Source: Diplonema japonicum
Taxonomy: Eukaryota; Protista; Euglenozoa: Diplonemea
Reading direction: 5' to 3'
Assembly (NCBI GenBank): GCA_964019335.1
Contig: OZ025687.1
Span: forward strand, 62,001 to 126,000
Length of the DNA stretch: 64,000 nucleotides
The position numbers and the translations under genes are program-made. Under the pieces are notes generated by a model. That model saw only the letters and a list, made by a program, of their open reading frames with translations, was not told the DNA's origin and did not search any database. This document shows, one piece after another, positions 12,010 to 24,366 of the stretch; position 1 is the first letter of the stretch; every line of letters begins with the position of its first letter.

Positions 12010-15000
12010 TCATTCGTCAAATGCGTACAGGTAGCAGCCTCTTGCGAGGATCCAGAGCTCAGTGAACCCGTCGTACTCAGACACAGGACCGGCCTGTGAG
12101 ATGCATTACTGGAAAACCTTACAAACATACATCTTTAGCTGGCGGGGCCGTGAAGCCACAGACACGTTGCAGTGCCGCTAGGATGGCCCCCAGGCCCTCA
12201 GAGCCGTGGATCTCAGACATTTGTGTCTCCTTGCGAACGACTTCTTTCAAGCTGCGAAAAGAGTAAGGGTATAAACAGGACAAAGCGTACCTCTCAGGGT
12301 CAATCTGCAACGTCAAAATCTTCTCTGCCTTGCCCGCCTTCTTCCCCTTAGAGAGCTTATCCTGCACCTTCTTCAACAGTACTTCTCTCTGGGCAACTCC
12401 CATGGGTTGCATCGTTACTACGCACTCTTCGACACCCTGTTCATGTGGCAAGGTGTTCGTGTTCATACCTTCGTGGCGGTCGGGAATATTAACTTCCTCT
12501 TTATGCTTCTCTTGCTCTTCGGCTTGCTGTACTCCAGCCTGTGCGTCGCCTCCCATTTCTTAATGAACTCTGCGTCCTTCACTATCTTGAACGTCAGCTT
12601 CGTCCCGTCGAAAACCTTGCTGCTAGGCGACACCTTTTGTTGGTGTTGTAATACAATGCAAGACATACCGCATGCTGGAAGTTCTCTCTTGTTGCGATTT
12701 TCGTGACTTCTCCGGTTGTCTGATTGACGACCTCAATGATCAGTGCGCCCTTGGGGATACCCTTCTGGCTACTGGCAACTCTCACAGGAACCTCCTCGCC
12801 TCTAGACGGCGGTGCGATCTTGAACGAGAGGCTCCCATACTTGCCGTATGGGTGGCCTGTAATCTTTCGTGATGAGGACCTGCTAACCAGCGAGACCGGA
12901 GACCCAAGTGAGCCAGATCGGCTGGAGCGTGCACATGATACTTCTGTTTCCACTTCATCGTGCTTCGGCGACTCAGCTTGGGGCTGGGGCACACTCTCAT
13001 CAATAGGAGGTGAAGAGGAGGCAGGGACAGTTATAGGGGCGGGTGCGAGAATAGGAACTTTCTCAGCTTCATCAGAGGGCTTCACCTCTTGTACGGGCAC
13101 AGGCTCTGGTTCCTGCTCTGGCACAGGCTCTGCAACTGGCACAACTGGCACAGGCTCTGCAACGGGCACAGGCTCCGGTTCGAGCACAACCTCTGGTTCT
13201 GGGGCAGTCTCTGCCTTAACCTCAACACGGGTCTCCTCGACACGGGTTTCCTCCTTAACTTCGACACGAGTTTCCTGAGCTTCGACACGGGTCGCCTCCC
13301 GCTGAGGCGGGGGAGGGGATTGAATGAGTACTGACCGTTCTTCGGCAACCTCCTCAATTGACACTGCCCTGGGTGACTCCACTTGTGTTTCACTCTCTAC
13401 CTCTGGAATGGTTGGAGGCTCAACAGGCGCAGTCTGCTGTATTTCCTGCAGCCTCTGCAGGGACTCGTAGTTGTACGACACGTCACCGTCGCTGCCAAGG
13501 TACAGCTTCTCCAGATGGTCGATGGTGAGCCCGTTGTCCGAGGCACCAAATGCCTGCAGTATCTCTTTGTACTGTGCCTCATCCAACTCTCCTGACGTGT
13601 CCACCGCGAGCTGCCTCAGCTCAGAGTAGTTCAAGTACCCGTCCCTGTCGACATCACCGTATTCGAAGATCCACTTCAGTTTCTCAGCTTCATCCATAGA
13701 GAGGGACGTACGCTGCTGCTGTGCTGCCCTTCTGGCCTTTGATCGGCCGAACTGTACGTGGGATTGCGCTTGTTTAAATCATAGCATACCGGGCTAGGGG
13801 GTGATGACAGAGGGGCAGATTCCGTAGGTTCCACTAACGGGGAAGAAGGGAGAGGTGGCTCAACAGACCCAGCACCAGACAGCACGGGCGATAAAGGCAT
13901 AGTCTTCACAGACTCAGACTTCTCTGCTGCGGGAGGAGACGTTGGAGGGGACGTCAGAGGGGAGGTAGGTTGGGGCACCATTTTCAATTCTTGCTGCAGC
14001 TCACAAATCCTGTCCTCGTCCTCTCTGCACCTGTCCTTCAAAAGCTCGTTCTCGTCTTCCAGCCTGGATTTCTGCTCACTGAATTCGGTCATCAAATTCT
14101 GGTGAAGGATAATCGCCTCCTGATACATGGTCTCGTAGCTGTTCCTGAACTCACCGACCTCCTCAGTGATATTGAGGAACTGTTCCGTCAAATCGTTCAC
14201 AACATTATTCGCCTTCTGCCGTGCTTCCTGTATAGCGTGATGCGCGGCGCACATGCATACCTCGTATTTCTTGTTGTTAACCTCCACCTGCAGTTGTGTC
14301 TGTTCCAGCTCCTCTTGCAGGGCCTCAACCTCCGCACGATTAACCGAGTCGTCCTGTTGACCGTGATGGGCGTTGAATGTAATACCTGCGTCTGCGCGAC
14401 TACATGGCCACCTGGGAAGTCCGCCATGGATTCTGTTTTGTCTCTTACTATTCTCAGCCCCTCCAGTTCGCCCTTGTAAGTAGCGCACTCTGTCTCGATG
14501 CGTTCTGTGATGTATTGTATGCATTTCAACAGGCATCGCGACATACGGATTTCGGACATCATGACATCCTTCTCCTCGTCAGCAGCGGAGAGCAAAGCAC
14601 GCAGCGTTACGACCTGAAAATCTAAAGTTAATACCTTAGTCATACCTGACTAGCCTGCTCTCTAGCTTCTTCTTCGTACGTGTGCATTGCATCTATTGTC
14701 TGCTTGAGAGACATGTGAGCGATCCTCTCTTCCTGAAGGTCTCTCTTGGCTTGGTGTAGATCCTCACGCAGCCTTCCCTGCTCTGTGACGCCCCTGCTCA
14801 CCTCACTCTTGAGCCCTCGGATCTCACCAGTCGCTTGCGAGGCGTCTTTCTCGAGAAGTGCTATTTTTTCGTTGCGCTCCGCCAAGTCACCAGAATAGCT
14901 GTCAACCACCTTCAACTCCTCTTCACGTGCTTGTGCCCTGCTTTCGGCATCCACAAGCTGTTCCTGCAGCGTCTCTGATTTGGTAAGTAGGTTGTTACGT

Positions 15001-17990
15001 TGAGTGGTCAAGCCGTTAATCTTCCCTGTGGTCACAGTGAGAGACGCCTTTAGCTTCTTCACTTCGTCTTCCAACTCTTTCGCTTCTTCACCCGTAAGGC
15101 CTTCTTCCTTAGCCTCAGCGTAAGCCCTCAATCTCACGCATTCTTCATCGGCGAGTTCGAGGCTATCTTGCAAGTCTTGGTTTCGCAGCTCCAGTGCTGC
15201 GTTTTTGTTCAATTCATTTGCGTGCTGCAAGTTGATGTCGTGTAACTCCTCAAGCAGGGTTTTGAACTTCTTCACGTCGCTCTCTAGCTCTTTATTCTTT
15301 GTCTGAGTGTCATTGTGTAAGGAAACCAGTTTGTTGTACGAGCCCACCTGCTGTTCCAGGCTCTTTTCGAGTTCCCCCATCTTTGCGCTTGTCTCGGCAT
15401 CAGCCTTCTCAGCGCTCTTCTTCAGATCTCCCTGTCGGGTCACTTCGATGTTGAGGAGCTTCAAGCACGCCCATCGCAGCCAGGCATGGTAGGTGGTGCT
15501 CATTGTGAGGCGTGTGCTATGCAGGGTCATGGCACGGGACATTGTCTGCTTCGCAGCGGCGGAGTGCTCGTCCACTTGCTGCTTAACGCTAACGGCAGTC
15601 CGCTGAGATCTCCTGACAAGGCACCACTTAGTCCACTTTGATAAGTAGCATGTCGTTAGGAATAACTCCGTGTTCTTGGCAGTGAGACACAAGCCCTGGC
15701 AGGCAAGCTGTTTAAGCTGCTCCCTCCCAGCTCGCATCAACACGTCCTCCCTCTTAACAGCGTCAGCCTTCATTTCGCACTGAAGTACATCAAGCTCTTC
15801 CTGGAAAGCAAGTTCGCGGCGTGTCGCTGCATCCAGCTCGTCCCTGAGCCTTTGGTTGTCAACGACTGCGGCCTTTAGCTTTCTATTGTTGGAGAAGAGT
15901 TGCAGCAGCGCATAGGACTTGGCAATTGATTTAAGTGCTTCGGCCGAACGCATGGCATCAGCTGCTGCACTGGCTTGCCAAATCCTTCTCTGGCATGCGA
16001 TCTGAAGGTGCTGTTCCAGCTCCATGGATGTGGCTTCCCATTCGGTACGCTCCCTGTTCAGCTTCAGCGTGTAACCAGACTCGCAGTCCACCTGAAGCTG
16101 CGCACGGAGTGTTGATGCCTGCTGAGCAAGTGCTGCTTCCAGACCAAGGGAGCGATCATCACTCTGTTGCAACTTCGCCCGGCAGGATTCCAAATAACCA
16201 ATTGTCTGCTCGAGTTCGATGCGCTGCTCTTGTATCTTCTTATTGAGCTCCTCCACCCTTGCCTCGCTCTGATCAGACGCAACACGAGCTTTTTGAATTT
16301 CGGCAGCCTGCAGTTCGATTGTGACACGTGCCTCGCTGCTCTCGGCCGTTATGGACGCGTAGCCCCTCTCAGAGAGGTCGGACCTCTCCTCAAGTTCTTT
16401 GAGCCTTCCTTCTAAACCTGCCGACCTGTCCTGACTCGCCTGCAGCTGTCCTGCCTGCCTTCCGAGCAGTGCGCGGTTCTCAGCAAGGTTCTTCTCTAGC
16501 TGCATAATCTTGTTCTCAGCATGAGTGATCTCCATCTCCCTCATGTCCACCTGGTTGCTGATAGCTGCATTTGCTGCTTCAAGCTCCACTGAGTTCCGCT
16601 GTGCGATGTCCAACTTCATCTCCAGCGAAGCCCCTAGTTCCTCATTCAGCTCCAGCTTCGTTTCTGATGCGCTCAACAGGCCTCTCAAGCGCCCCAGTTC
16701 CTCAGCATCCTTTTTGCTCTGATCCCTATGTTTCTCCTGTATCCGGCTAAGCTCGGCTGCGGCCTTCATCCGCTCCTCGCCTGCTGCTTCTTCTTGAGCC
16801 AAACCAGCAGCGAGTTCAAGCTCCACAATTCGTGCCTCAAGAGCCCCCTCGCGGCCTTGCAGTCTTTTATTCATGAGTTTCAAATCATTGACCATAAGTT
16901 GGCTTCTCTCGTTTTGCCCTTTCAGCTCCTCGACAGACTGTGCATCAGTTACCCCAGCTATGGAGAGCTCTGCTTTGTGCTTCTTGAGGTCCTCTGTCAC
17001 GTCTTTGTACTCTCTTTTGTAAGACTCGCATTCATTTTCTACAGCAACGAACTCACGCTTCAGACTCTCTAGCTCGGCAACAAGGCTGTCGATCTGCCGC
17101 TTGTTTGCCAACTCCCGTGCCGTGACCTCATCCTCGAACTCTTGTCGCTGATCTTCTACGATATCTAAGTGTGCTTGTTCTAGCTCCTTACGGATGTCCA
17201 AGCGTGTTTGTGAAACTAAATTAGCATTCGCAATTCTATCGCTGTTGGCATCGTCCTGCATGCTGTGAAGCAGCTCCGTCGCTTTCCCCAGCTCTTCTGA
17301 CAGCCTCTTGATCTCGTTCTCCGCAGACTCAGCACGCATTAGGGCATCCCTGTGTCTGCTCTCCATCTCTACGACGCCTCTCTTGGGGATCATTCGAGCA
17401 TCGTTCGTAAGTGCTTTCTGCAGTTGCCGCTGGAGCGCTGCAGCTTTGCTCTCTAAGTTGGTGACCTGGATGACGTGCATCTCTTTCATTTCATTCATCT
17501 TGCCTTCCATCTCAGCAAGTTCGCACGATTGCTGGGCCACAAGGCCTTCCTTCTCTGCAAGCATGCGGCTTGCTCGTGACTCGCGCGTGGAGATAGCACG
17601 CTGTAGTTGCCCCACTGCATCTTCAGAGACGATGCTGCTGGGTGCTTCGTGCACAATGGGTGAAGGGAGGAAGGGTGGTGGGGTAGCCGTAACTGTGCTG
17701 TTGAGCCCAGCTGGCGACGCTTTGCTTACGTTGCGCACTCTGTTCATCTCATCCTGCAGCACTGGGGACCCATCGAAGCGGGCCCCCCTGAAAGCTTTTA
17801 CTCTCGCGACTTCTGTCTTGACTCTGTCGTCCTTGTTATCTATAATGGAGCCCCTCCTTGACCCCCGCGACGCTGCAACAACATCCCTAGCTGACTGGAT
17901 CACGTCGTAGTCGGGAGACGCCCACGAGGCCTTCTCTTTGGCCTTAATCGGCGTGGTGGTTTCGTGAGGGCTAGCTATGCTACGGTACAT
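12010..17990 (-). CDS. Giant (~1913 aa) coiled-coil protein with EF-hand pair, Pro/Glu/Val-rich linker and C-terminal globular region; 7 introns (14614-14645, 14354-14385, 14228-14260, 13752-13789, 12634-12668, 12437-12468, 12094-12130)
   Basis: Six separate ORFs in the track plus a short last exon join seamlessly through seven 32-38 nt phase-0 GT-AG introns. EF-hand loop DVDRDGYLNYSE. Ends WILARGCYLYAFDE*. Confidence 0.75.
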
Positions 17991-18098
17991 CTTGTGTAAT
18001 ACCCCTGGAGGGTGGGTATAGTGTTACAATGGAATGAAGAAACAAACGTTTTATCTTTTAGTGTATATCATGTATTTCATGTGTGTTAACGTACGCTC

Positions 18099-18382
18099 TC
18101 ATTTCTTGCAGTGGCACATGTCGAAGTCAGCGTAGCCCGACCCGATCACAGCATCGATGGCCTTGCTGTTCATTCCCAATTTCGGAGTGGTGAGGTTCGC
18201 TTGCAAGGTAGCCTGCATACTGGCCTTCTGCAGAGATGGTTCGGAAAAAATAATAATTTACATACTGGCATCACAAAGGGGTGGTGTGCCGCAGCGTGAG
18301 CGTGCCCGTGCCCATGTCCGTGAGCAGCATGGGGGTGGGCAGCGGCGTGTCCGTGGGCAGCGTGAGCAGGCGCGTGGGTCAT
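18099..18382 (-). CDS. His/Ala-rich microprotein, copy A (81 aa); intron 18228-18265
   Basis: MTHAPAHAAHGHAAAHPHAAHGHGHGHAHAAAHHPFVMP|KASMQATLQANLTTPKLGMNSKAIDAVIGSGYADFDMCHCKK*. The paralogue has its intron at the same position. Confidence 0.8.
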
Positions 18383-18498
18383 TTTATATAGTGTAGAACG
18401 AGTTTTGGTGTAACTGGGCGGAGGTATGAAACGTTACGACACGTAAGGAACAACTAGTAGTGTACATGTCATGTAGGTGATGATGTTTTGACGAGAGT

Positions 18499-18767
18499 CT
18501 ACTTCTTGCAGTGGCACATATCAATGTCAGCGTAGCCCGACCCGATCACAGCATCGATGGCCTTGCTGTTCATTCCAATTTTCGGAGCGGTGAGGTTCGC
18601 TTGTAAGGTGGCCTGCATACTAGCCTTCTGCAAAAAGTGATGAATACGGCACAAGGAATACTACATACCGGCATCACAAAAGGGTGGTGTGCCGCAGCGT
18701 GAGCATGACCATGTCCGTGGGCAGCATGGGCATGGGCGGGGGCAGCGTGTGCAGGTGCGTGGGTCAT
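18499..18767 (-). CDS. His/Ala-rich microprotein, copy B (75 aa); intron 18628-18668
   Basis: MTHAPAHAAPAHAHAAHGHGHAHAAAHHPFVMP|KASMQATLQANLTAPKIGMNSKAIDAVIGSGYADIDMCHCKK*. Tandem duplicate with exon 2 offset by 400 bp. Confidence 0.8.
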
Positions 18768-18951
18768 TTTAGTGTGTAGAGGTTTTAGTGTGTAACTGTG
18801 AAGAGTCATGAGGTAACAGGCTCTCGTCTATATGGCCGGCGATTCGGGGGGAATCATCTTGTACAAAGTGAAGGGAGAAAGAGCTAAAAGAGGCTCGGAA
18901 AAGCCACAGTATTTCTACAACAATGAAACAGCGAAAAAAGTTTTTATATCA

Positions 18952-21900
18952 CTACTCTTTCACATCTCGCATCTCGTTTGCGGGCGACAGCTCATCCTCA
19001 GTGACTGTGATGGGAACAACGACATTCTGTGCAGGGGACAGCTCGCGGATGAGGTCTTCGCTCACATTGAAACCTCTGTTCTTCGCGATGACTAGACCTT
19101 TGTAAAGCACCTGTTGGAGAGATGACACAATGATGAGCGCATACGTGTCTTGAAAACAGCGAGCACAGCAACACGATGATTGTTAGCAAGTTGATCACAA
19201 TAAGAATGGTACCCAAGTGTGGCTCGTTGCTCACGACAGCAACTTGATGGTACCCTATTCCAGTGTACGTGATGCACAGCGTGAAATACACTAGCTCCTC
19301 AGTGTAGTTCTCAAGAGCGTTCTTGAAAGGGTGATTGTGCACATGTATGCTGAGCGTAAACAGCAAGATGATAGAAGCAGACCATGCTCTGTGTGCGATG
19401 TCATGCATCAACGGTCACATACCTGTACGCTGGCTCGGGCGGCAGGGACAGAAGGACCGCAACGAAGAAACCACGGAAGTGGCATACGACCTCCCAGAAG
19501 TACGAGCTTGGTTTGAAAAGAAAGAACAAAGCACCGTAGCGCTCTACAGCAGTGGGCTCATCCTGTTTGTTTTTAATTGATAGCAGGAGGATGAAAAAGC
19601 ACAACGGTTGACCGATAGTGATCAAGAGCAGGGCAAGCAGCGCAGGCACCAGCAGCTCTTCGTTGTACTTCGAGTTATAACACTCTACGTAAGGTGCGAA
19701 CTCTAAATAGAAATTCGAGTCAGAGTTGTCCTTCTTGCAGTTCAACACGTTGATGACGGTTTTGCACACCCCCGGGTAGATCGTGATGAGGACAAGGATC
19801 GTAGCACGCGTGCACATGGCTAACCATTTATCACTCCTTGTCTGTTTTACTGGATGATCTTCGTTGTATAAAGCAAATGCGCGTGTCTCAGTGCCCTTCC
19901 CGGTGGCGTTCAAAAGGACGTGCCCAATCGCGAAGAGTACGCCCATCATACCAAGCACGAGAACGAACTTCAAGCAAGAAAACGCGCTCTCTTCATAGAA
20001 ACTGTAGCTACTTGCCATGTTGTACTCGATCAGAATGCAAGAAAAGGCAGGCGGCTCGAAAAACACCATGTTGGTAGTGCTGGTTGTCCCGTTCCCTGCA
20101 GAGCGTATGGTCACACCAATACCGCTGGTGAGGGCAATCATTTGGATGTAGAAGATGGCGACACGAGCTGTGCCATCGACACGTGTGGGAAGCTGCTGGA
20201 ATATGTAGCCAATGTATATGAAGAGTCCACAGATGATGGCAGCGAAGATTAGCCCATAAGTCCATTTCGGTGATGGGCACTTGATGCACTTGTTCGACCA
20301 CTGTGTGAACCCTGCTGCACACTCGCTGCACAACCTCCCAAGGTACCCTTCTTCACATGGTAGTGCCATCGAGCTGTTCTGAGGAACACACGATGTCGTA
20401 GCAGGGTTTGAGTCTAAACACCTGATAAACTCCTGCGGGTTTGTGGGATCTGGAACTCCGTAGTATCCTGGCTGGGCCAGGATCTCAGTCTCTTTATCAT
20501 TGCCCGGGCAGACGGCATTCTGAAGGCATGCCGTGCACTGCTTCTGCTCACCATAAAAGCCCGACTTGCACAAGCAGTTCGTGTTGTTGAAATACATATC
20601 ATCGATGCTGACAGACATGTATCTCTCGGAGCCCTCTACAAAGTAGCAGGCATATTCAATGTTCACATCCACCTTTCCGCTGCTCCTCTTCAGCCACGAC
20701 GGCAAGCACGTCATGTCAGTGTTGCATGATTCGTCCACCATCAAGGTATTCGTGACGTTCAGCGTCCGCAGCTGTGACAACTCCCCCCATGACTCGGGCA
20801 GCACACCGGATATGGGGTTGCCACCGATCTGCAGAATCTCTAAAGCAGCAAAGAAGAGCTCGAGTTTTAGCTGCACTAGGCCCAGCTCATCTATGCTCAA
20901 CCTGTTGTCTGAAACATCCAGCTTCGTGAGGGAAGGATATCTAGCCAGCTGGACGTCGAAGATTCCCAGTGTGATGTCCACTGTCACCGTGGACCATGTT
21001 GTGAGCCTGTTGCGCGCCATAGTGAACGTCTGCAGCGAGTGCGCCCACTCGAGACCGATGAGGGTGCCTTCAATCATGTTGTCGTCTAGTCGGAGCGTCG
21101 TAAGCTTCTGCGTGAACTTAAAGAACAGAAAAGGGAACCCCCCGGAGAGCCTGTTGCCCATCAATAGCAGTACTTGCATCGCCGTGTCCGAGGTTGCCGC
21201 CGGGAGAACACCGGTGAATTCGTTGTAACTGAGGTCTAGTTGCTCCAATGTTCCAAGGGTGAAAATATTGGGACTCAAAGGGCCTGTGAACTTATTGTTT
21301 CCGAGCGCCAAGTACCGAATAGAAGTTGCCCCCAGCTGTTGCCAGGGAATATCGCCTGATAGCCTGTTCCCAAAGAGCCATAGTTTCAAAATGTTTGGTG
21401 CATTTTGTATCTGCCCTGGCAGCGAGCCGGTGAATAAGTTGTTCTGAGCCGAAAATTCTACCAAGCCTGAGTGGAAGACCTCTTCTGGAAGGGTTCCGCT
21501 AAGGCGGTTGTTGCCAACTGACAGTTCTTTACAGCGTATGCCAGGCAAGGTCCCTGTGAGCTGGTTCTGCCTGATCTCGAACTTGTCGTAGACTCTTCTC
21601 GTGCTCCTGCTCGCAAACGTGTTCGGAATGCTCCCAGTGAACTGGTTGTTGTGTACCCACACTGTGGTCAAACCCTCGATCGTCCCGAGACCGGAAGGGA
21701 TAGTACCAGACAAAGCGTTTTCCCACAAGCCCAGCGTGCCCAGACTGTTCATCCTTGACCATGAGTCAGGCAGCGTGCCAGATAGCGTAGGCATGTTAGC
21801 AATCAGCACACTGGTCGCATCCGTCATATTTCCTCCCCATGAGTTGGGCAGGCTGCCATTGAACCGGTTATCAGACATGATCATCACTTTTACTTTGCTC

Positions 21901-22937
21901 AAGTCAGCCCCCCAGGAGTCAGGAAGGGTGCCTTGCAGCCTGTTGTTCTGCAGCATTAAAAAAAACAAGGGAAGCTGCTTTCCCGAAAAAAAGTTCTCAG
22001 CCAATGTCCCCGTCAAGAAGTTCTGCGAGAAGTCAAACCAAATCGTGAGCTTTGGCATTGCAGGCACCTCACTCTGCAATCTGTTCCTGCTCAGGTCCAA
22101 ATACAAGGGAAAAGATCCATCACCCTCGTTGTACTTGCTGAGCTGGTTTGACTTCAGCCACAAAGCGCTGGAGGAGCTAGAGTAAGCAGAGGGCACTTCA
22201 CCCGTGATCTGCGTCTCAGTGATCGCGAGAAAGAAATGTGTGTTGGGCGACGGGAGCGTGGGAAGGGTTCCAGTTAGAGGGCACTTCCCAAGCTCTAGGT
22301 AGCCGAGACTGCTCAGTCCCGAGACGGGGGGTATGGTGCCTGTGAGGATGTTCCCGTACAGATTGATGTAGGAAAGCGTGGAGGGAAACGCAGGGATGCT
22401 GCTTCCAATGTTACACCCTGCGGTGCTGATGTACCTCAAACCCGGAGGGAAGGTTAGGGGACCAGTAAGGCTGGGATTCTGCCCGAGTTCCAAAAAAATT
22501 AAATTCGGAAGACAGGACAAGAGAGAAGGGATTCCGTTCTGAGAAGTAATGCCGGTGCTGCGCAAGGAGATGGCCACTACTGAGGTGTCGCTCACACCAG
22601 TGATGTCTACCGAGGCCGTAGCATGAGGAAGCCCACTTATATTGAAGGGATGGGTGGCGGGTACTACTTCCTGCTTCCATTGAGCGCCACATATAACACC
22701 TTTCCACAAGCACTTGTCGAGACCTGTGTTCCATGCAGCACCACTTTGCAGCGTGTTGCAGTTCACCATTGAACAAAGATGCGCTCCGGCATAGTATGCC
22801 TCGTCTGACACAGTCCCGATAGCCCCCGTCGTCGGGTCCCCTATGGACCACAGCGTCTTCAACTCATTCATTGCCTGCTGCTCTGTCCCGCAATTTGCCT
22901 TCAACAGCACAGCAACCACGGTTACGACGTAAAGCAT
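18952..22937 (-). CDS. LRR receptor-like protein: signal peptide, many plant-type LRRs, Cys-rich/EGF-like region, multi-pass TM C-terminus; introns 19389-19422 and 19111-19144
   Basis: Repeated LxxNxLsGtLP units, CEEGYLGRLCSECAAGF, and several hydrophobic helices. Spliced end ...EMRDVKE*. Confidence 0.85.
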
Positions 22938-23278
22938 TGGAAATCAAAAAAGAAACTTGAGTGTTCGGGTTCGTTTCAGTCAATTTCAGCGAACTAACAT
23001 CATCTTTGTCCCTTTAGGTAAGAGGATACACAGCCGTTGGCAACAGAGGATAAAAATAGTTTCAAAAGGCAAACCTAACGGTTTATTTTTTTTTCCTTTT
23101 TTTTTTTCCAAAGCGTGACACTTCCGCGTACCTTATATCCGTTAAAGAGAAGAAAATAAAGTCAGGTTAGAAGGATGCGTTACAATTATGGCACACGTGC
23201 AGCCAACGAGGCCCGCGAAGCGTAAAGCTTGCCGAGCATTCCTACCCCCCCCCCCCTCCTGTTCGTGTCAATGCTGTC

Positions 23279-24250
23279 TCACAGTTTGGATGACGTGCCG
23301 ATGTCAGCAAAGGTGTCGAGCGCCAAGGTTACGCAGTCCGTCATTGCAGGCACCTTGTCACTGTCGGAAAGAAGCGAACCCTTCCCGCCGGCCCTGTGTT
23401 GTCTTGAACGGGAAACCAACTAAACATACCTGTTGGCAAGCACGACGCAGATAGCCCCCGATCTGTACCCCAGGATGCGACTGATGTGGCAGAGCGCAGA
23501 TGTCTCCATCTCGATGTTCACAACCTTTGAGCCCGCTGCCCTCACTCGGGACAGCTCCTGAGGGATGTCGAACCTAATGTCGGACAGCCTCCCCACTTTC
23601 CTCCCTTGGCAGGCGTAGAAACCAGGTGCCGACGCCGTGTGGCCAACCACCATCTTGCGTTGCTTCCTGTCGCCCAACTTCTTCAGCGTGTTGGTGATGA
23701 TAGGATGCGCAGTCGAGACGTAGGGGCTCACATCACGGAGAGCAGTAGCACTCAACCCTCGCTCCAGCTCTTCCATGTCGCTGTTAGAAGTCGACGAGCG
23801 CTTGCTGTAGTACTTGCCTGTGTTGTCCAAACCAATCGCCAGTTGTGTCACAGCCAGGGCACCAGGCTCAATGTCAGCCTGCGGGCAGCCACAGGTTCCG
23901 CACCTGATAATGTTTACCACCTTGGGGCCTGTCCACACCTTCCTCTTCGCATCGAACTCTTTCAGGATGTGGATCTCGGTCAAAACGATTTCCACATTGT
24001 CAGTTCCCATACCCGTCGACATAGCCGTCACTGGGACGCCCTTGTAGGTTCCCGTCATTGTCGCTATTTCCCTGTTGTTGGCCTTGAATCGCACTGAGCC
24101 ACTGTCAAAGAAGCTCGCAACGAAGGGCACCCTCCCAGGATCGCCGACGAGCAAGATGTTGTCAGCAACGTCATCAGACCTGGCTGCGATGTGGTAGACA
24201 AGCCCATCAGCGGAGATGGGCACTTCCGTGTTCATAGTACCATCACTCAT
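23279..24250 (-). CDS. udp: Uridine phosphorylase (PNP/UDP family) with C-terminal PTS1 -SKL; intron 23394-23429
   Basis: Motifs VYHI, LLVGDPGRV, STGMGTDN, IIRCGTCG, GFYACQGR, NIEMETS. The spliced tail ends ADIGTSSKL*. Confidence 0.88.
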
Positions 24251-24366
24251 TTTCTTTTTCTTTTTCTTTTTCTTTTTCTTTGCTTTATGATAATTGTTCA
24301 TTGCGCTTATATTATTTTAAGTGGCTGAACGGGATACAAATACTTCTAACACTGGCAAGCAAGCAC

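Noticed and set aside
13090-13290. Short tandem repeats (ggcacaggctc..., acacgggt...)
   Set aside because: They are coding repeats for the PEPV/ETRVE linker of the giant protein, not an independent element.
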